In this document: piece by piece, positions 13,326 to 26,763 of the stretch
Position numbering within the stretch: position 1 is the stretch's first letter
Layout: the number at the start of each line of letters is the position of its first letter
Assembly (NCBI GenBank): GCA_951406725.2
Contig: OX597819.1
Coordinates: 47,926,001 to 47,990,000, forward strand
Source of the DNA: Octopus vulgaris
Lineage: Eukaryota
Direction: 5' to 3'
Length of the DNA stretch: 64,000 nucleotides
Position numbers and translations under genes: made by a program
The notes under the pieces: model-generated
What the model was told of the DNA's origin: nothing
Database searches by the model: none
The model's input: the letters and a program-made list of their open reading frames with translations, nothing else

Positions 13326-14299
13326 TTTCGTACAAGAAAAATATTCTATCTGGTGAGAGATGAATATTATTTAATAGATACAATACATGTTTTTATGTGC
13401 TGCTAATAGTTTATATATATATATATATACCAAAAAGGATCAAAAGTCCTTCCCTAGTCGTAGGCTTATAAGGGCAGCTTCCCAGATTCTGTGATGTATT
13501 CCTTGGTTTGGATACCAGTCCATCACAGGATTACAAACTTTCACAAGCGGTATGGACTGAAGCAACATGAAATGAAGTGTTTTGCTCATGAACACAACAC
13601 ATTGCCCAGTCTAGGATTCAAAACTACAATCACATGATTAGGAGTGCAAGAATATAACACCCTAACAACTAAGTTACATGTCTACCTACACACATGCACA
13701 CAAGTGCGCGCACACACACACACGTTGATTACTCTTAGTTCTGCCAAATGAATACAATATACTTATCTCATGAGTAACAATAAGACTGAAGCATGTCCAT
13801 TACATTCACCTGTTGGCTTTATAAAGACCAAACCCACTCTTGTATACATTATCTATCTTCCCAAAAAGTTTCAATCATCTGATCTTGCGGAAATTTATCT
13901 CCCTTACAGATTTTAGATTTTAAATACCTTTAGCAAAAATTTTTGTCAAATGGTTGTTTAGATACTTTCAGTTTATTCAATGATTTAAACTTTCTATATT
14001 ATATATGTGAAACAGTGCCATATTCATATTTAGCGAGTTAAAACAGTCTCCTGAAATATTTTCTTTTTATCAATGGTATTCATAATCAGTGTCCCTACAA
14101 TCCTTCAATTATTAAGATATTGGGTAGAATGCTATATGCTATTTGTTCTAACTCCCTGTGCTCTGAGTTCAAATTGTCCCTACATTCCCTCAGTTATTTT
14201 GAGAGACTCATTAGAGTATTGTATAGAATGCTGTATGCTATTTGTTCTAACTCTCTGTGCTCTGAGTTCAAATTCTACCATTGCCTTTCATCTTTTCAG

Positions 14300-14745
14300 G
14301 GTTACTCTTGTACTTGTTTCAGTCATTTGACTATGGCCATGCTGAAGCACCACCTTTAGTCGAGCAAATCAACCCCAGGACTTATTCTTTGGAAGCCTAG
14401 TACTTATTCTATCAGTTTCTTTTGCCGAACCGATAAGTTACAGGGACGTAAACACACCAGCATCGGTGGTCAAGCGATGTTGGGGGGGGGGGACAAACAC
14501 AGACACACAAACTCACACACATACATATATGACAGACTTCTTTCACTTTCTATTTACCAAATCTACTCATAAGGCTTTGGTTGGCCCAAGGCTATAGTAG
14601 AAGACACTTGCCCAAGGTGGCATGCAGTGGGACTGGACACGGAACCATGTGGTTCATAAATACCAATCCATGATAATAGATTATGAGAATTCAAAGCCTC
14701 ATAGTTGCAAAGCAGACTTCTTAACCACACAGCCATATCTTCACC
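14300..14745 (-). mobile_element. tRNA-derived SINE family B (CORE-like body)
   Basis: Homologous to 25595-26005 and 21618-22010. Has the caccttgggcaagtgtctt segment and a gactgaaacaagta tail. Confidence 0.8.
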
Positions 14746-17229
14746 TATTTATTGTGTAAAACAAATATTTTCATTGTTAAACTGGTATATGGTGCATAAC
14801 AAAACAAAGTATACTTACCTAAAGTGATGAGTGTTTTAATTTAAAAGTGAACACCTTGAAATCAGATATTTTTCAACATGAAACTAAAGGCAATTTCAGA
14901 TTGGTTGATATCAAAAGGGTTACCAATCTCTGATTAAATTTACATTCCATCTCTTCCATTATTTCTCTGATAAAATATTCTTGAAATAATCTTGAACAGC
15001 TTATCTGAAATATTTTTCACTGTGTCTTTTGAATACAGTGATCCTCCAGGCTATGGAAGCAGTGCATTCTTGAAAACATTACCATTTATGGAATTCTGTA
15101 GCATGAAACCTATCTTTCCATTGATTTTTCATGTTGTAAATTGAGATGAGTTCTGATAGAATTTTCGGAAAATACATAAAAGAAATGTAGTAAATTTTAC
15201 GCATGGAAACTGTAATTTTTTAACACACAGGTATGGCTGTGTGGTTGCATCCTATTCACATGGTTTCAGGTCCAGTCCTACAGCATGACATTGTTGAGTA
15301 AGTTTCTTCTATTATAATCCTGGGCCAACCAAAACCTTGTGAGTGTATTTGGTTTATAGAAACTGAAAAATGCCCAATGTATATGTATGGCTGTATGTGT
15401 GTGTGTGTGTGTGTGTTACTGTTTCCTTGCTTTGACATCATGTAACCGTTGTAAGCAAGTGTCACCATCATGCAGATGGTTTCCTTCACTCCTAATCTTC
15501 CATGAAAACATGTCTAGTCATGAGGGAAATATTACCTTACTTAGGAGGGTTGGCGAAAGGAAGGGCATCCAGCCTCAACAAATTCCATCCATCACATGCA
15601 AATATCAAAAAGTACATGTTAGAATGATGTTAAGATGATGAGGAAGAGGAGGAGGAGGGAGAGGCAGAGGCAGAAGAGGAGGAGGGGAAAGCAGAAAGAA
15701 AACTCCCCCCGCCTTCTACTAGAAAGAAGACCCCCTCCCAACCTTCTACCAAGTAAATCATCCTCATCAGCTTATGCTTCAGAGGCAAAGAACTTGCCTA
15801 AAATTGTTTGATGTTTATGGTGCACCATCCTTTGGTAAATTCCACTTGTAATTTTTATATTACATTATTAATTATATCATTACCAACAAAAGCAGCTTGA
15901 AACATCAACAGTCATCATCATCGTTTTGTGTCCATTGTCCATGCTGGCATGGATTGGATGGTTTAACCAGGGTTGGTAAGCTTAGGGACTGTACCAAACC
16001 CTAATCTGATTTGGCATGGTTTCTATGGCCTGATACCCTTCCTAATGCCAACCACTCTGAGAGTGTAATGGGTGATTTTATGTGCCACCAGCATGACTGC
16101 CAATGTTTACCAATAAAGGCAAAATTAGGATCAAGTGCTCAAGCAGCTGCTCTATAAACTGAGAGGATGTTGTTTGTTTCATAGATTGGACATAATATCT
16201 AACATGGAACAACACCTGCATATGTGCATTGGTGATTAGATAGTGAAAAATCAAATGTTTGTAAAACATTAAATTTAATGTCCAACATAACCTTTTTTAA
16301 TGATTATTTCCACACTACGATCTACACTTCCGCTTGGTCTCTTTCTAGTTATCTTGAATAAGGATAATGCACTACACTGTTCAAATTTATAGTTAAATGC
16401 AATAGCAATGGTAATAGACAACAAATCCACTCAAATGGTATAACAGTAGAATCTGTGGAAAGTAATGATGTTCTCTATCAGCAATAATAGCAGCCTTATT
16501 ACTTCACATGCAAGAAAGAACATAAGAGGAGTGATGTTGAAAAGGGAAAACTGTCTGATACAAGAAGTATTGTATGATTAATGTTAGTAACATGATCCTG
16601 ATCAGTTGAACAGATATACACGAAAAAGGTGGAGGAAGATGAATTTATCTGACAACCCAATATATATTATTTCTAAGAAGAATTACTTTTTATACATATA
16701 TGTATTGAATTTTAGTTTATGAAATTGTTAAAATTTACCAGTTTCCTTCATGACACATTTACAAGCTGTACCTCAAGATTTACAAGGTAATTTACAATTT
16801 TCTTAAGTATGGAATTCTGTAACTAGAGCTTCCATTAAGGTATGGAATGGCTCTATTTCCAATTGTTGATTTCCTTTGTCTAAGTACAAACTCTGTAGTT
16901 CCAAGAAAAAAAAAGAACATATAGCAAGTTATGAATGCTGTTGTTGCTCCTACTGATTTAATTTAACCTCAGATCAACCCTGATTATGCACATAAGGCAT
17001 GACCATACTGCCGTTTTAGAGATGTGAAGGACTACATTACCAACATGTCCTTTCTTTGAATAAGATGACTGTGTGATCTGAAGAAGACCTGGCTGCTATC
17101 TTTATTAGTTGAAGTGATTAGGTAGAAATTCCTCTACTGGCTTGATGTAACCTATTTTTTTTTTTATATATAAGAGTCTAGTATGTGATTTAAAGGAGAG
17201 TTAGTTGTTATTTATTGCAGGTCAGATAC

Positions 17230-17478
17230 TGGAACTGGATCAGACATGTCCTTAGACAATATCAAGAAAGCAATTGCATGGTGGCACTAAAGTGGAAGCC
17301 TGAGAGGGAAAAGAGCAGAAGGGTACTCTAAAACCACATGGTGAAGGACCATTGACAAGGAAGGGAGCTGAGAAGGATGGAAAACCTGGAATGAAACCAG
17401 AACAGTGGCAGAAAACAAAGCTGGCTGGAGAATATCATGTTGTGACCTTGTGTGCCTCATGGCACAGAGAGAACTAAT
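17230..17478 (+). mobile_element. Decayed 3' end of an RTE-X/RTE-like LINE
   Basis: Cross-frame peptide WNWIRHVL...ALKWKPE...KTTW*RTIDKE...WKTWNETRTVAENKAGWR...LCASWHREN*. Confidence 0.6.
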
Positions 17479-18941
17479 TATTGCAAGTAAAGTGATAATA
17501 TAAGGTTTCTTTGTTAGATTGTTGCCATTCATACTTTCTCTATGATATTACTGGTACAAAGGAAGTGAAACAATTTCATCAAGAATCAAAGCAATAACAT
17601 GGAATTAGTACACCAGGAACCTACTTTTTTGCACTACATCTCTTATCAGTATCTCTAATTAGTGATGCATTTTGTGTATGCGTGATTAATTTACATGAAA
17701 ACAAAGCCAAGAGAATTTTTTTTCTCTTTTCAATTTATTTCCATTAAGTATAAACATTTTTACACCATAAAATACATTTTATTGTGGTATTGTAATACAA
17801 GTGCGGATATGAAGAAGAGTCTATATTGCTTGTACACACATTCATTCATACAAGAAAAAGCACCATTAATAAGAACAGTATCAGTGACAACAACAATAGT
17901 AACAACAACAAAACAACAACAGCATCAGTAACAACAACAAACAAACAATAAAGAACTCAGCATACCCATACAAATGGAATGTGTTATTACATTATATACT
18001 GAAATAAAACCTGAACTTGATGAATCAGAAAAGATGTTTTCCAGACAGGTTGCCATAGTGTATTCATTAACTTTTAGTGAGAACTGACACGAAAAGCATC
18101 CCTTGGCAAAGTCATTAGTTAACTTGCTCTGCCAGCAGGCAAAGCATTGATGAGATGAGAAAAGATAAATAGAAAGGGAAAAATGAGAGGGAAGGAGGAG
18201 AAGAGAAGGAGAAAAAAAAAATGGGATGTGTTATGCAGAAGATACATTATGAAGATATCCATATTTAACTAGGAAGTTGACAAAGCAACAAATAAATAAA
18301 ATTTGAGCTATTCTTATTGGTTATGAATATGTCGGTTTCTTTTTCTCTGTTTTTGAAAATAAATGAATTAATCTTCCCCCACCACTTTTTGGTTGAAAAT
18401 ATAAAGAAAAGCAGCCATAGTGATTTTTTTAATGTCAATAATAAAGGAATTGACCTATATCAAAATAACAAAAGAAAATTGTTAAACTGAAACAATGAAA
18501 GGACTAAACAATAAGAAAGTGAACCAGTTTTATAAGACTTGATGTATTTACTAGTATATATGTTGCACTATTTTAAACTTGATTTTAACCGAAAAACCTA
18601 GGGTGTGACTTATACATACAGCAAAGCTAAAACTATGAAGGGAAAAAGTTTTGTACTAAAATTTTGCCCTAAATTATAGGTGTGATATATACACAAGTGC
18701 AACTTATAATAAATATAGTAGTTTATTTTATTCTCTCTCTGTCTGTCTGTCTCTCTCTTCCTTCATAAATCAGTCTTTTCTTTCATCTTTACTTGTCTCA
18801 ATCGGTGAACTCTGATTATGTTCTGACACCATCTTGAAGGGTTTTGCTGAAATCATCCCCAGTACTTACTTATAAGTCTGGTGGTGGGGGACAAACACAA
18901 CATAAACACAAAGATACACACAAAGAAATGTAACACACACA

Positions 18942-19010
<69 letters not shown>

Positions 19011-19173
19011 TGTTTCTCTCCTTGTTTTTATTTCTGTGTATCTTTCTGTCGAAGAGTGTAGGCTCGAAACGTAAAAGACTTGTTCTATTTCTGTTCCTGA
19101 GCATCATACTAATACATTTGTTTGTTTGTACTCCACCTGCCTTCGTCTTTTGTTTATTTTTGTAAACCTTCCC

Positions 19174-19177
<4 letters not shown>
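19011..19177 (+). mobile_element. Short non-autonomous Penelope-like element fragment with hammerhead-like motif, inside (TA)n
   Basis: Same family as 12759-12943; (TA)n on both sides. Confidence 0.6.
19041..19078 (+). ncRNA. Minimal type-I hammerhead ribozyme-like motif (CUGUCGA core)
   Basis: TCTTT-CTGTCGA-A-GAGT(GTAG)GCTC-GAAA-CG-TA-AAAGA. Confidence 0.55.
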
Positions 19178-19222
<45 letters not shown>

Positions 19223-19554
19223 CATTATGTATATTATACATTATATTACATTCACCTGCTAATTAGACTAAAATTCTAATTTGCAGGAGATCAGATGGAA
19301 CACTAATCCCTTTAGGTAAATGGCCCTGTTCCATATGTAGACAAGATGTAGATAGAAGTTCCTTACAATGTGCTCAGTGCAAACTGTGGATACATAAGAG
19401 TTGCAGTGGGATCAAAGGAAGGTTAACAGAGAAAGTCGAATTTGTTCATGGTACATGTGCAGGGGCAATGAATAATAAGAATATATAGGAAATAGCTGTT
19501 CTGAAATGCACAGGAGGCTCCCTAGTAGTAGCAGATAGTTTCTGTCATCTAGGT

Positions 19555-19854
19555 CAGTGCTACTCAAAGTGGTGGTCCGCAGACCGGTGCCAGTTCACAA
19601 GACATCAGCTGCTGGGACGCGGCAAGTTTCCAGAAAAGAAAGAAACATTATATAATGCTTATGTAATATTGTATTATTTGTTTACAAAATAAATATAAGA
19701 TTTAAAAAATTGTCAACTTTTATTATATTCATTATATTCATTATATAAATTGTTTCCTGTATAAATTAATATTACTAAGAAATATTACTGGTCCCTGGCA
19801 CACTGGAAAAAAAAAACTGCCAGTATGCCACCTCAGATAGTTTGAGAAGCACTG
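19555..19854. mobile_element. hAT (Charlie/MER5-like) MITE
   Basis: TIRs CAGTGCTACTCAAA...TTTGAGAAGCACTG; 8-bp TSD atctaggt/atcaaggt. Confidence 0.85.
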
Positions 19855-19994
19855 ATCAAGGTGACCTAATTAGTAGTGGAGGAGGATGCTCTGAAAGAAT
19901 AGTTGCTAGATTATGAATTAGCTGTAGGAAGTTAAGAGAACTTTTACCTCTGTTGGTAACAAAAGGCCTCTCTCTCAGAATGAAAGGCAGATTG

Positions 19995-20312
19995 TGTAGT
20001 GTGATGGATGAAGAGAACAACAGAAGAAGAAGCAACAGGAGAAAGAAATACAAAAGGCCTTACCTTGGCGAAAATCAGCGGTCTCTTACGAATTCGACAC
20101 GTCCTGTCGCTTCGTCGTCTATGCTTGAACTCTCCCCTTCGTTGATGACCACATGTGTGTCCTGCTTGACCTCTTCCACTTCCTGCAACGCATGCACCCT
20201 GCAGTCTTCCGCCAGCCCCTGCAAGCCCTACTTCCGCCCACCTCATCTGTCATCCTCTCCACCAGCACCACGTAGCTCATCACGTCCCATAACACCGACT
20301 ACCAACACCACA
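19995..20312. mobile_element. Solo LTR (318 bp)
   Basis: TGTAGTGT...ACACCACA inverted termini and a 5-bp TSD GATTG. The RTE reading resumes exactly after it. Confidence 0.75.
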
Positions 20313-20475
20313 GATTGTATGATGCCTATGTCTGAACATCACTGCCACATGGCTGTGAAACTTGGACTGTGAATGCAAAGAACATGCAAAGACTTGAAAG
20401 AAATGAAACAAGTATGCGCTGATGGATATCCAATGTCAGTGTAGTATGTACAAGAGAGAAATTGGGCATAAAAGG

Positions 20476-20947
20476 TGTAGCGGCACAAGCAGTCAACACC
20501 ATATTGGATGAAATTTCACAACAGCCATTGCCATCTCCGAGACTAGAGTGAGACGTCACCTGCATCCATTTGCCATGTGCAAGATCACAATGAAGCTCAC
20601 GATGGCAAACTGTATATAAGGGCAAAGCAAAAACAAATTCACTCTCTCTCCGCTTCTATGCAGCAGTGCTTGCTGAGCACACTTCACTGGCTGGGCCTGT
20701 CTGCATGTTATACCTCCAGAGGCAATATGCCTGCACTAATGGAGATACCACGCACACAGCTCAAGATGGTTGCTGAGAGCAACACACTTCACCTGTTCTT
20801 TAAAACTTGTAAATAAACTGGTTGTAAATTGAATTTGTACTTAAAGACTTCTTTCTTTGCCTGCCGGAGCCTGAACTACATGAAGAACAAGATATAATGG
20901 GAGAAGGCAATATTCTCCCGATATCGTAAACCTTGCCTTCCATTATA
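20476..20947 (+). mobile_element. Solo LTR (472 bp), probably Gypsy-type
   Basis: Starts TGTAG and ends TTATA (decayed ...ACA). 4-bp TSD AAGG. Internal TATATAA near 20613 and AATAAA near 20812. Confidence 0.7.
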
Positions 20948-21617
20948 AAGGTATCAGGTGTGGTGTGCAGGAGACAAGATTGCACTTGTATGGTCATGTG
21001 ATGCAGATGGATGAGGACAACTGTATAAAGAAGTGCTGATTGCTAAATGTGGCAGGAACATGTAGTAGAGGTAGACTTAGGAAGACATGAAAATGTTGAG
21101 CTTTTCAGAGGCGATGACTGGGTACTAAGATGAATGGCATTATCCTGTGCACCTAATTCAATAAAATTATGAAGGTTACTCTGATAACTATGCATAAAAT
21201 ACAAAATATTTTATATTTTGTAGATTAGGTAGGCATAATTTGCCCCTGCCTTTCAATCCCAGTATTTAAACTACACATAGTACTGCTGTAGTACATTTGC
21301 TATGTACATTCCTACAACAACGTTTTCTTTACATGCTATAAAGGCAGATATAAATCTGCCTTCAGCTCAGTCATGTGCCTGTGCTTTGTTTATTTTTTAT
21401 GTTTTACTACATAAAGGTCACCAAATGTCTACCCTGAGTAATTACTGATGGCACATGCCTGGTATATATGTATGGATGACTTTGTGTTTGTCCCTTACCA
21501 CTGCTTGACAACTGGTGTTGGGTTTTTTACAATCTCATAACTTAACAGTTCAGCAAAAGAAACCGATAAAATAAGTATCAGACTTAAAATAAGTACTGGG
21601 GTTGATTTGTTCAACTA

Positions 21618-22010
21618 GGCACAGGAGTGGCTGTGTAGTAAGAAACTTGCCTCCCAACCACATGGTTCCAGGTTCAGTCCCACTGTGTGGCACCTTGGGC
21701 AAGTGTCTTCTACTTTAACTTCAAGCTGACCAAAGCGTTGTGAGTGGATTTGGTAGACAGAAACTGAAAGAATCCCATCATATATATGTATAGATATCTA
21801 CGTGTATCTGTATTTGTCCCCCTATCACCGCTTGATAACTGGTGTGGATGTGTTTACGTACCCGTAACTTAGTAGTTCGGCAAAAGAGACCCATCAAATA
21901 AGTACCAGGCTTAAAAAATAAGTACGGGAGTAGATTCATTTGACTAAAAATTCAAGGCAGTGCCCCAGCATGGCTGAAGTCTAATTACTGAAGCAAGTAC
22001 AAGATAAAAG
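21618..22010 (+). mobile_element. tRNA-derived SINE family B, nested in another copy of the same family
   Basis: Head ggcacaggagtggctgtgtagtaag...ggttcagtccc; tail aagtacaagataaaagataaaagat. Confidence 0.8.
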
Positions 22011-24555
22011 ATAAAAGATAAACCCTTCAAGGTGGTGCCCCAGCATGGCTGTGGTCCTATGACTGAAACAAGCACACGATAAAAAATTGTCTGAATGATT
22101 GACTGCATCATCCTTCAAAATCAGTTAATGAAATTTGTTACATAAGATAAGCTTACGTACCAGAATGATTGGTGAATTCCGACATTTTTGAGTTGAGTCT
22201 TTTTTTCTTTTTGAAGAACTGAAAAATATTACCAATAATCCGGCTCCTTAATCTTAGAAGCTATAAAATATAAAATATAAAGGTAAAAAAAACCCATCTT
22301 TTTAATTTACAAAGTAAAAGTTCAGCTATTTATTTAATCTTGAAATCAATGTCTTAAAATTTATTAATAATTACATGAATCTGATTAGATCTTGTTTGTT
22401 AATTGCTTAGAGTTCACTGAGGAGAAATGTAAACTAAACTCCTAACATGAAAGAATTTGCTGCAAATTTTTTTGTTTCATCTTTTAAGGAATGTAAAATT
22501 AATTCATGCTTTTTCTTTTTATCTTTTATTTCTAGAATCTCATTTTAAAATACTTACCTAAATATTTTTCAGTTAGAAGTGGTGGTGGTGGTGGTGGTAA
22601 TGCTTGTAGTAATAGTAGTAGTTGTAGTAGTAAAAGCAGCAGCAGCAGTTGTTTTTATTTTTCTAGCTGGTAGAATTTTCACTAATAATTAAGATTCTTG
22701 ATAACAGTCTTAGAGCTTGTTGCATTTTCAAATTTCAATACATGCTGACTCCAAATATCTTCTTATTTCTGTTTCTGTATAATATTGATTTCTTAACTTG
22801 GCAAGACAACCATATAGTTCTTAGTTGAATGAATGAATCAACCTTTATGCAATACCAGTAATTATTTTATTGACCTCTGATGGACAAAGCATAATTGTTT
22901 TTTCCTGTCAGAATTTGAACCTAGAATCTAGTATGATAGATTAAACACTGTTAAGCATTTGATTAACACTTTAACCACCATGGTCTGTTAATGGAATTTA
23001 CCAGTGATGCCATGTATTTCACATGGTCACACAGCATACTGAATATGTAATTGTTTTGCATTTTTACAATATTTCATAATTAAACTTTAATATACAGCAC
23101 TCAAGGGTAGCTAGCTGGGAGAATTGCTAGCACGCTGGGCAAAATGCTTAACAGCATTTCATCCAGCTTCACATTCTGAGTTCAAATACTGTAGAGGTCA
23201 ACTTTGCCTTTCATCCTTTTGGAGACAATAAAAAAAATACCGGTCAAGTGCTGGAGTTGATGCACTTGACTTATCCCCACCCACCAAATTTGCTGGCCTT
23301 GTGCTAAAATTTGCAACCAGTATTTAGCACTCATGTTATTTAAATATCTTTGAAACCATGTCAAAGATATAGTATAAAATATTTTCCCAAACTATGAAAA
23401 TGTACCACCAGTGGTACGTATAGCAGTTGTGTGAAGTTTGCAATGAACCACTGGTGGTAGATGTGGTGGTTAATGTATTGATATGACTCTTTCAATGTAT
23501 CTACCACACTGCCAGCATCATCATTATCATCATCATCATCATCATCATTTATCATCCGCTTTCCATGCTAGCATGGGTTGGATGATTTGACTGAGGTCTG
23601 GCGAACCAGACTCCAATCTTGATCTGGCAGAGTTTCTACAGCAGGATGCCCTTCCTAACGCCAACCACTCCGAGAGTGTAGTAGGTGATTTTACGTGCCA
23701 CCGGCAAGAGGGCCAGTTTGGTGGTACCGGCAACGGCCATGCCCAAATGGTGCTTTTTATGTGCCACCTGCACAGGAGCCAGTCCAGCAGCACTGGCGAC
23801 GTCCTTGCTTGAATGTTTCACGTGCCACCAGCACAAGTGCTAGTAAGGTGATGCGGTAACGATCATGCTATGATTTCTTTATAAGAAGCAAGTTCAGTGA
23901 GCCATTAGAGCATTTGGTTGACTAGTTACTCTGTAAGGTGCATAAAGTTGATTTCCTGGTTTCTCTGGCATATATATCCTTCCCTGGATGGGACACTAGT
24001 CCATCACAGGGTTACTCACTTTTACCAACTGAGTGAACTGGAGCAATGTGATATGAAGTGTTTTGTTCAAAAATCTAATGCATTGCTCATTTAAGGAATC
24101 AAACCACAATGTTACAATCATGAGTCCAACACCCTATCCACTAAGCCATGTGCCTCCACTTTGGATAGAATGCTTTCTGATATTTGTTCCAATTCTCTGT
24201 ACCCTGAGTTCAAATCCTGGTCAGTTGGAGCTATAATAGAAGATTAGAAGATACTTGCCCAAAGTGGTGTGCAGTGGGAATGAACCTGAAACCACATGGT
24301 TGTAAAGCAAGCTTCTTAATCACATGCCAATGCCTGTGATTCTAAAAAAAGCAGGCAAAATCATTACCATGCCGGAGAAAATGTTTGGCAGCATTTCTTC
24401 CGTCTTTACATTCTGAGATCAAATGTCGCTAGGGTCAACTTTACCTTTTATCTTTTCGGGGGTCGATTTAATAAGTACCAATTAAACACTGGAGTTGATG
24501 TAATTAACTAGTCCCCACCACCAACATTTCAAGCCTTGTACCTGTAGTAGAAAGG

Positions 24556-24945
<390 letters not shown>

Positions 24946-25594
24946 TAATAAGGCGGCAAGCTTACAGATTCATTAGAATGCCGGGAAAAATGCTTAGCAG
25001 CATTTACATCCGTCCTTACATTCTGAGTTCAAATTCCACTGAGGTTGACTTTGCCTTTCATACTTTTGGCATTGATAAATTAAGTACCAGTTGGACACTG
25101 AGATCGATGTAATTGATTATCCCCCTCCACTAAATTTCAGACCTTGTGCCCATAATAGAAAGAATTATTATCATCATCACCATCATCATTATTATTATTA
25201 TTATCATTATTGGATTTATAAAATTGTTTTTTGTACTTAGCAAAAGTATGAGCAAATATGCTGTTTCATTTTGTTTCTTTATGGTATTATTAATGTTATA
25301 GAAGTTGTAGTATTTTTTTTTTATGGTGCTTTATGTTTTGTTATTCTATAGCTGGGAGTGGGACAGGTTAAGATGTTTTGTTCAAGGTATTTATTACATC
25401 TTCAAGAATGTACATTGTGTAAAAGAGAATTATTTCATGTCAATACTGTCTGTGCTATGACCCTGGAATTTTGATGACAGGCTTCTCAATGTTTTTTCTT
25501 TTCTTTTTCTTTTTCATATTAAACACAGTTTATATCAACCAGTTTTGGAGAATGTCTCTCTCTGCAGTTCATTTTAATTTTCTAAATCATTGTG

Positions 25595-25803
25595 CTCTTT
25601 TACTCTTTTACTTGTTTCAGTCATTTGACTGCGGCCATGCTGGAGCACCGCCTTTAGTCGAGCAAATCGACCCCGGGACTTATTCTTTGTAAGCCCAGTA
25701 CTTATTCTATCGGTCTCTTTTGCCGAACCGCTAAGTGACGGGCACGTAAACACACCAGCATCGGTTGTCAAGTGATGTTGGGGGGACAAACAGAGACACA
25801 CAA

Positions 25804-25856
<53 letters not shown>

Positions 25857-26005
25857 TACGACAGGCTTCTTTCAGTTTCCGTCGACCAAATCCACTCACA
25901 AGGCATTGGTCAGCCCGGGGCTATAGCAGAAGACACTTGCCCAAGATGCCATGCAGTGGGACTGAACCCGGAACCATGTGGCTGGTTAGCAAGCTACTTA
26001 CCACA
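25595..26005 (-). mobile_element. tRNA-derived SINE family B, young copy
   Basis: Retains CpGs. B-box-like GGTTCAGTCCC, internal (TA)/(CA) tract, tail gactgaaacaagtaaaagagtaaaagag. Confidence 0.85.
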
Positions 26006-26191
26006 GTTTCCTAAAATAATGTGTGTGTGGGGGGATGGCTGTGGGATCAAGAAGTTTGCTTCCCAGCAACGTGGTTTTGGGTTCATTCTCACTGTATGGC
26101 ACATTGTGCAAATGTCTGCTATAGTCTGAGGTTGACCAAAGCCTTGCAAATGGATTTGGTAGATAGAAGCTGGAAAAAGACAGTCATGTAC

Positions 26192-26195
<4 letters not shown>

Positions 26196-26224
<29 letters not shown>

Positions 26225-26374
26225 TGTATGTATGTATGTATGTATGTATGTATGTATGCATGCATGCATGTATGTATGTATGCATGCATGCATGTATGTA
26301 TGTATGTATGTATGTATGTATGTATGTATGCATGCATGCATGCATGCATGCATGTATGTATGTATGTATGTATA

Positions 26375-26440
<66 letters not shown>

Positions 26441-26450
26441 CATACATATA
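26196..26450. repeat. (TATG)n/(CATG)n/(TA)n compound microsatellite
   Basis: Seen directly. Confidence 0.95.
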
Positions 26451-26452
26451 TG

Positions 26453-26680
26453 CAGGGTTGGCCAAAAGTCACCGAACAGTAAATCAAAATTCCATAAATA
26501 CTTAATATTCAATTTTATTTATTCATGCCAATTATGAATATTTAATAATTGAATGCTGTGAGTTAAAAATCACCATTTTTTTTTTTCAACATTTGTCTAT
26601 TTATTAGTGAAGTCTCATAAAATAATTTTTTGTGTTAATCTTGGAATTAAATGGGTTTTGATTTACTGTCAGGTGACTTT
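26453..26680. mobile_element. Tc1/mariner-type MITE, right end truncated
   Basis: Left CAGGGTTGGCC-AAAAGTCACCGAACAGTAAATCAAAA matches the reverse complement of right TTTTGATTTACTGTCAGGTGACTTT. Confidence 0.6.
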
Positions 26681-26685
26681 GTATG

Positions 26686-26763
<78 letters not shown>

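Larger units (their letters stand above)
19270..21160 (+). mobile_element. Decayed RTE LINE 3' portion carrying three nested insertions
   Basis: Peptides FRELLPLLVTKGLSLRMKGRL, HGCETWTVNAKNMQRLERNETSM and RCGVQETRLHLYGHVMQMDEDNCIKKC...CSRGRLRKT align with the RTE fragment at 63513-63911. Confidence 0.85.

Noticed and set aside
14073-14359. ORFs with an internal duplicated peptide
   Set aside because: Caused by two tandem degenerate SINE-head fragments about 100 bp apart.
17925-18130. ~67-codon open frame on the minus strand after a pyrimidine tract (SKLTNDFAKGCFSCQF...)
   Set aside because: No recognisable homology, and it runs into a (TTG)n tract. A frame of this length can occur by chance.
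19953-20372. 139-aa Ser/Pro-rich ORF
   Set aside because: Chimeric read-through from the RTE fossil into a solo LTR.
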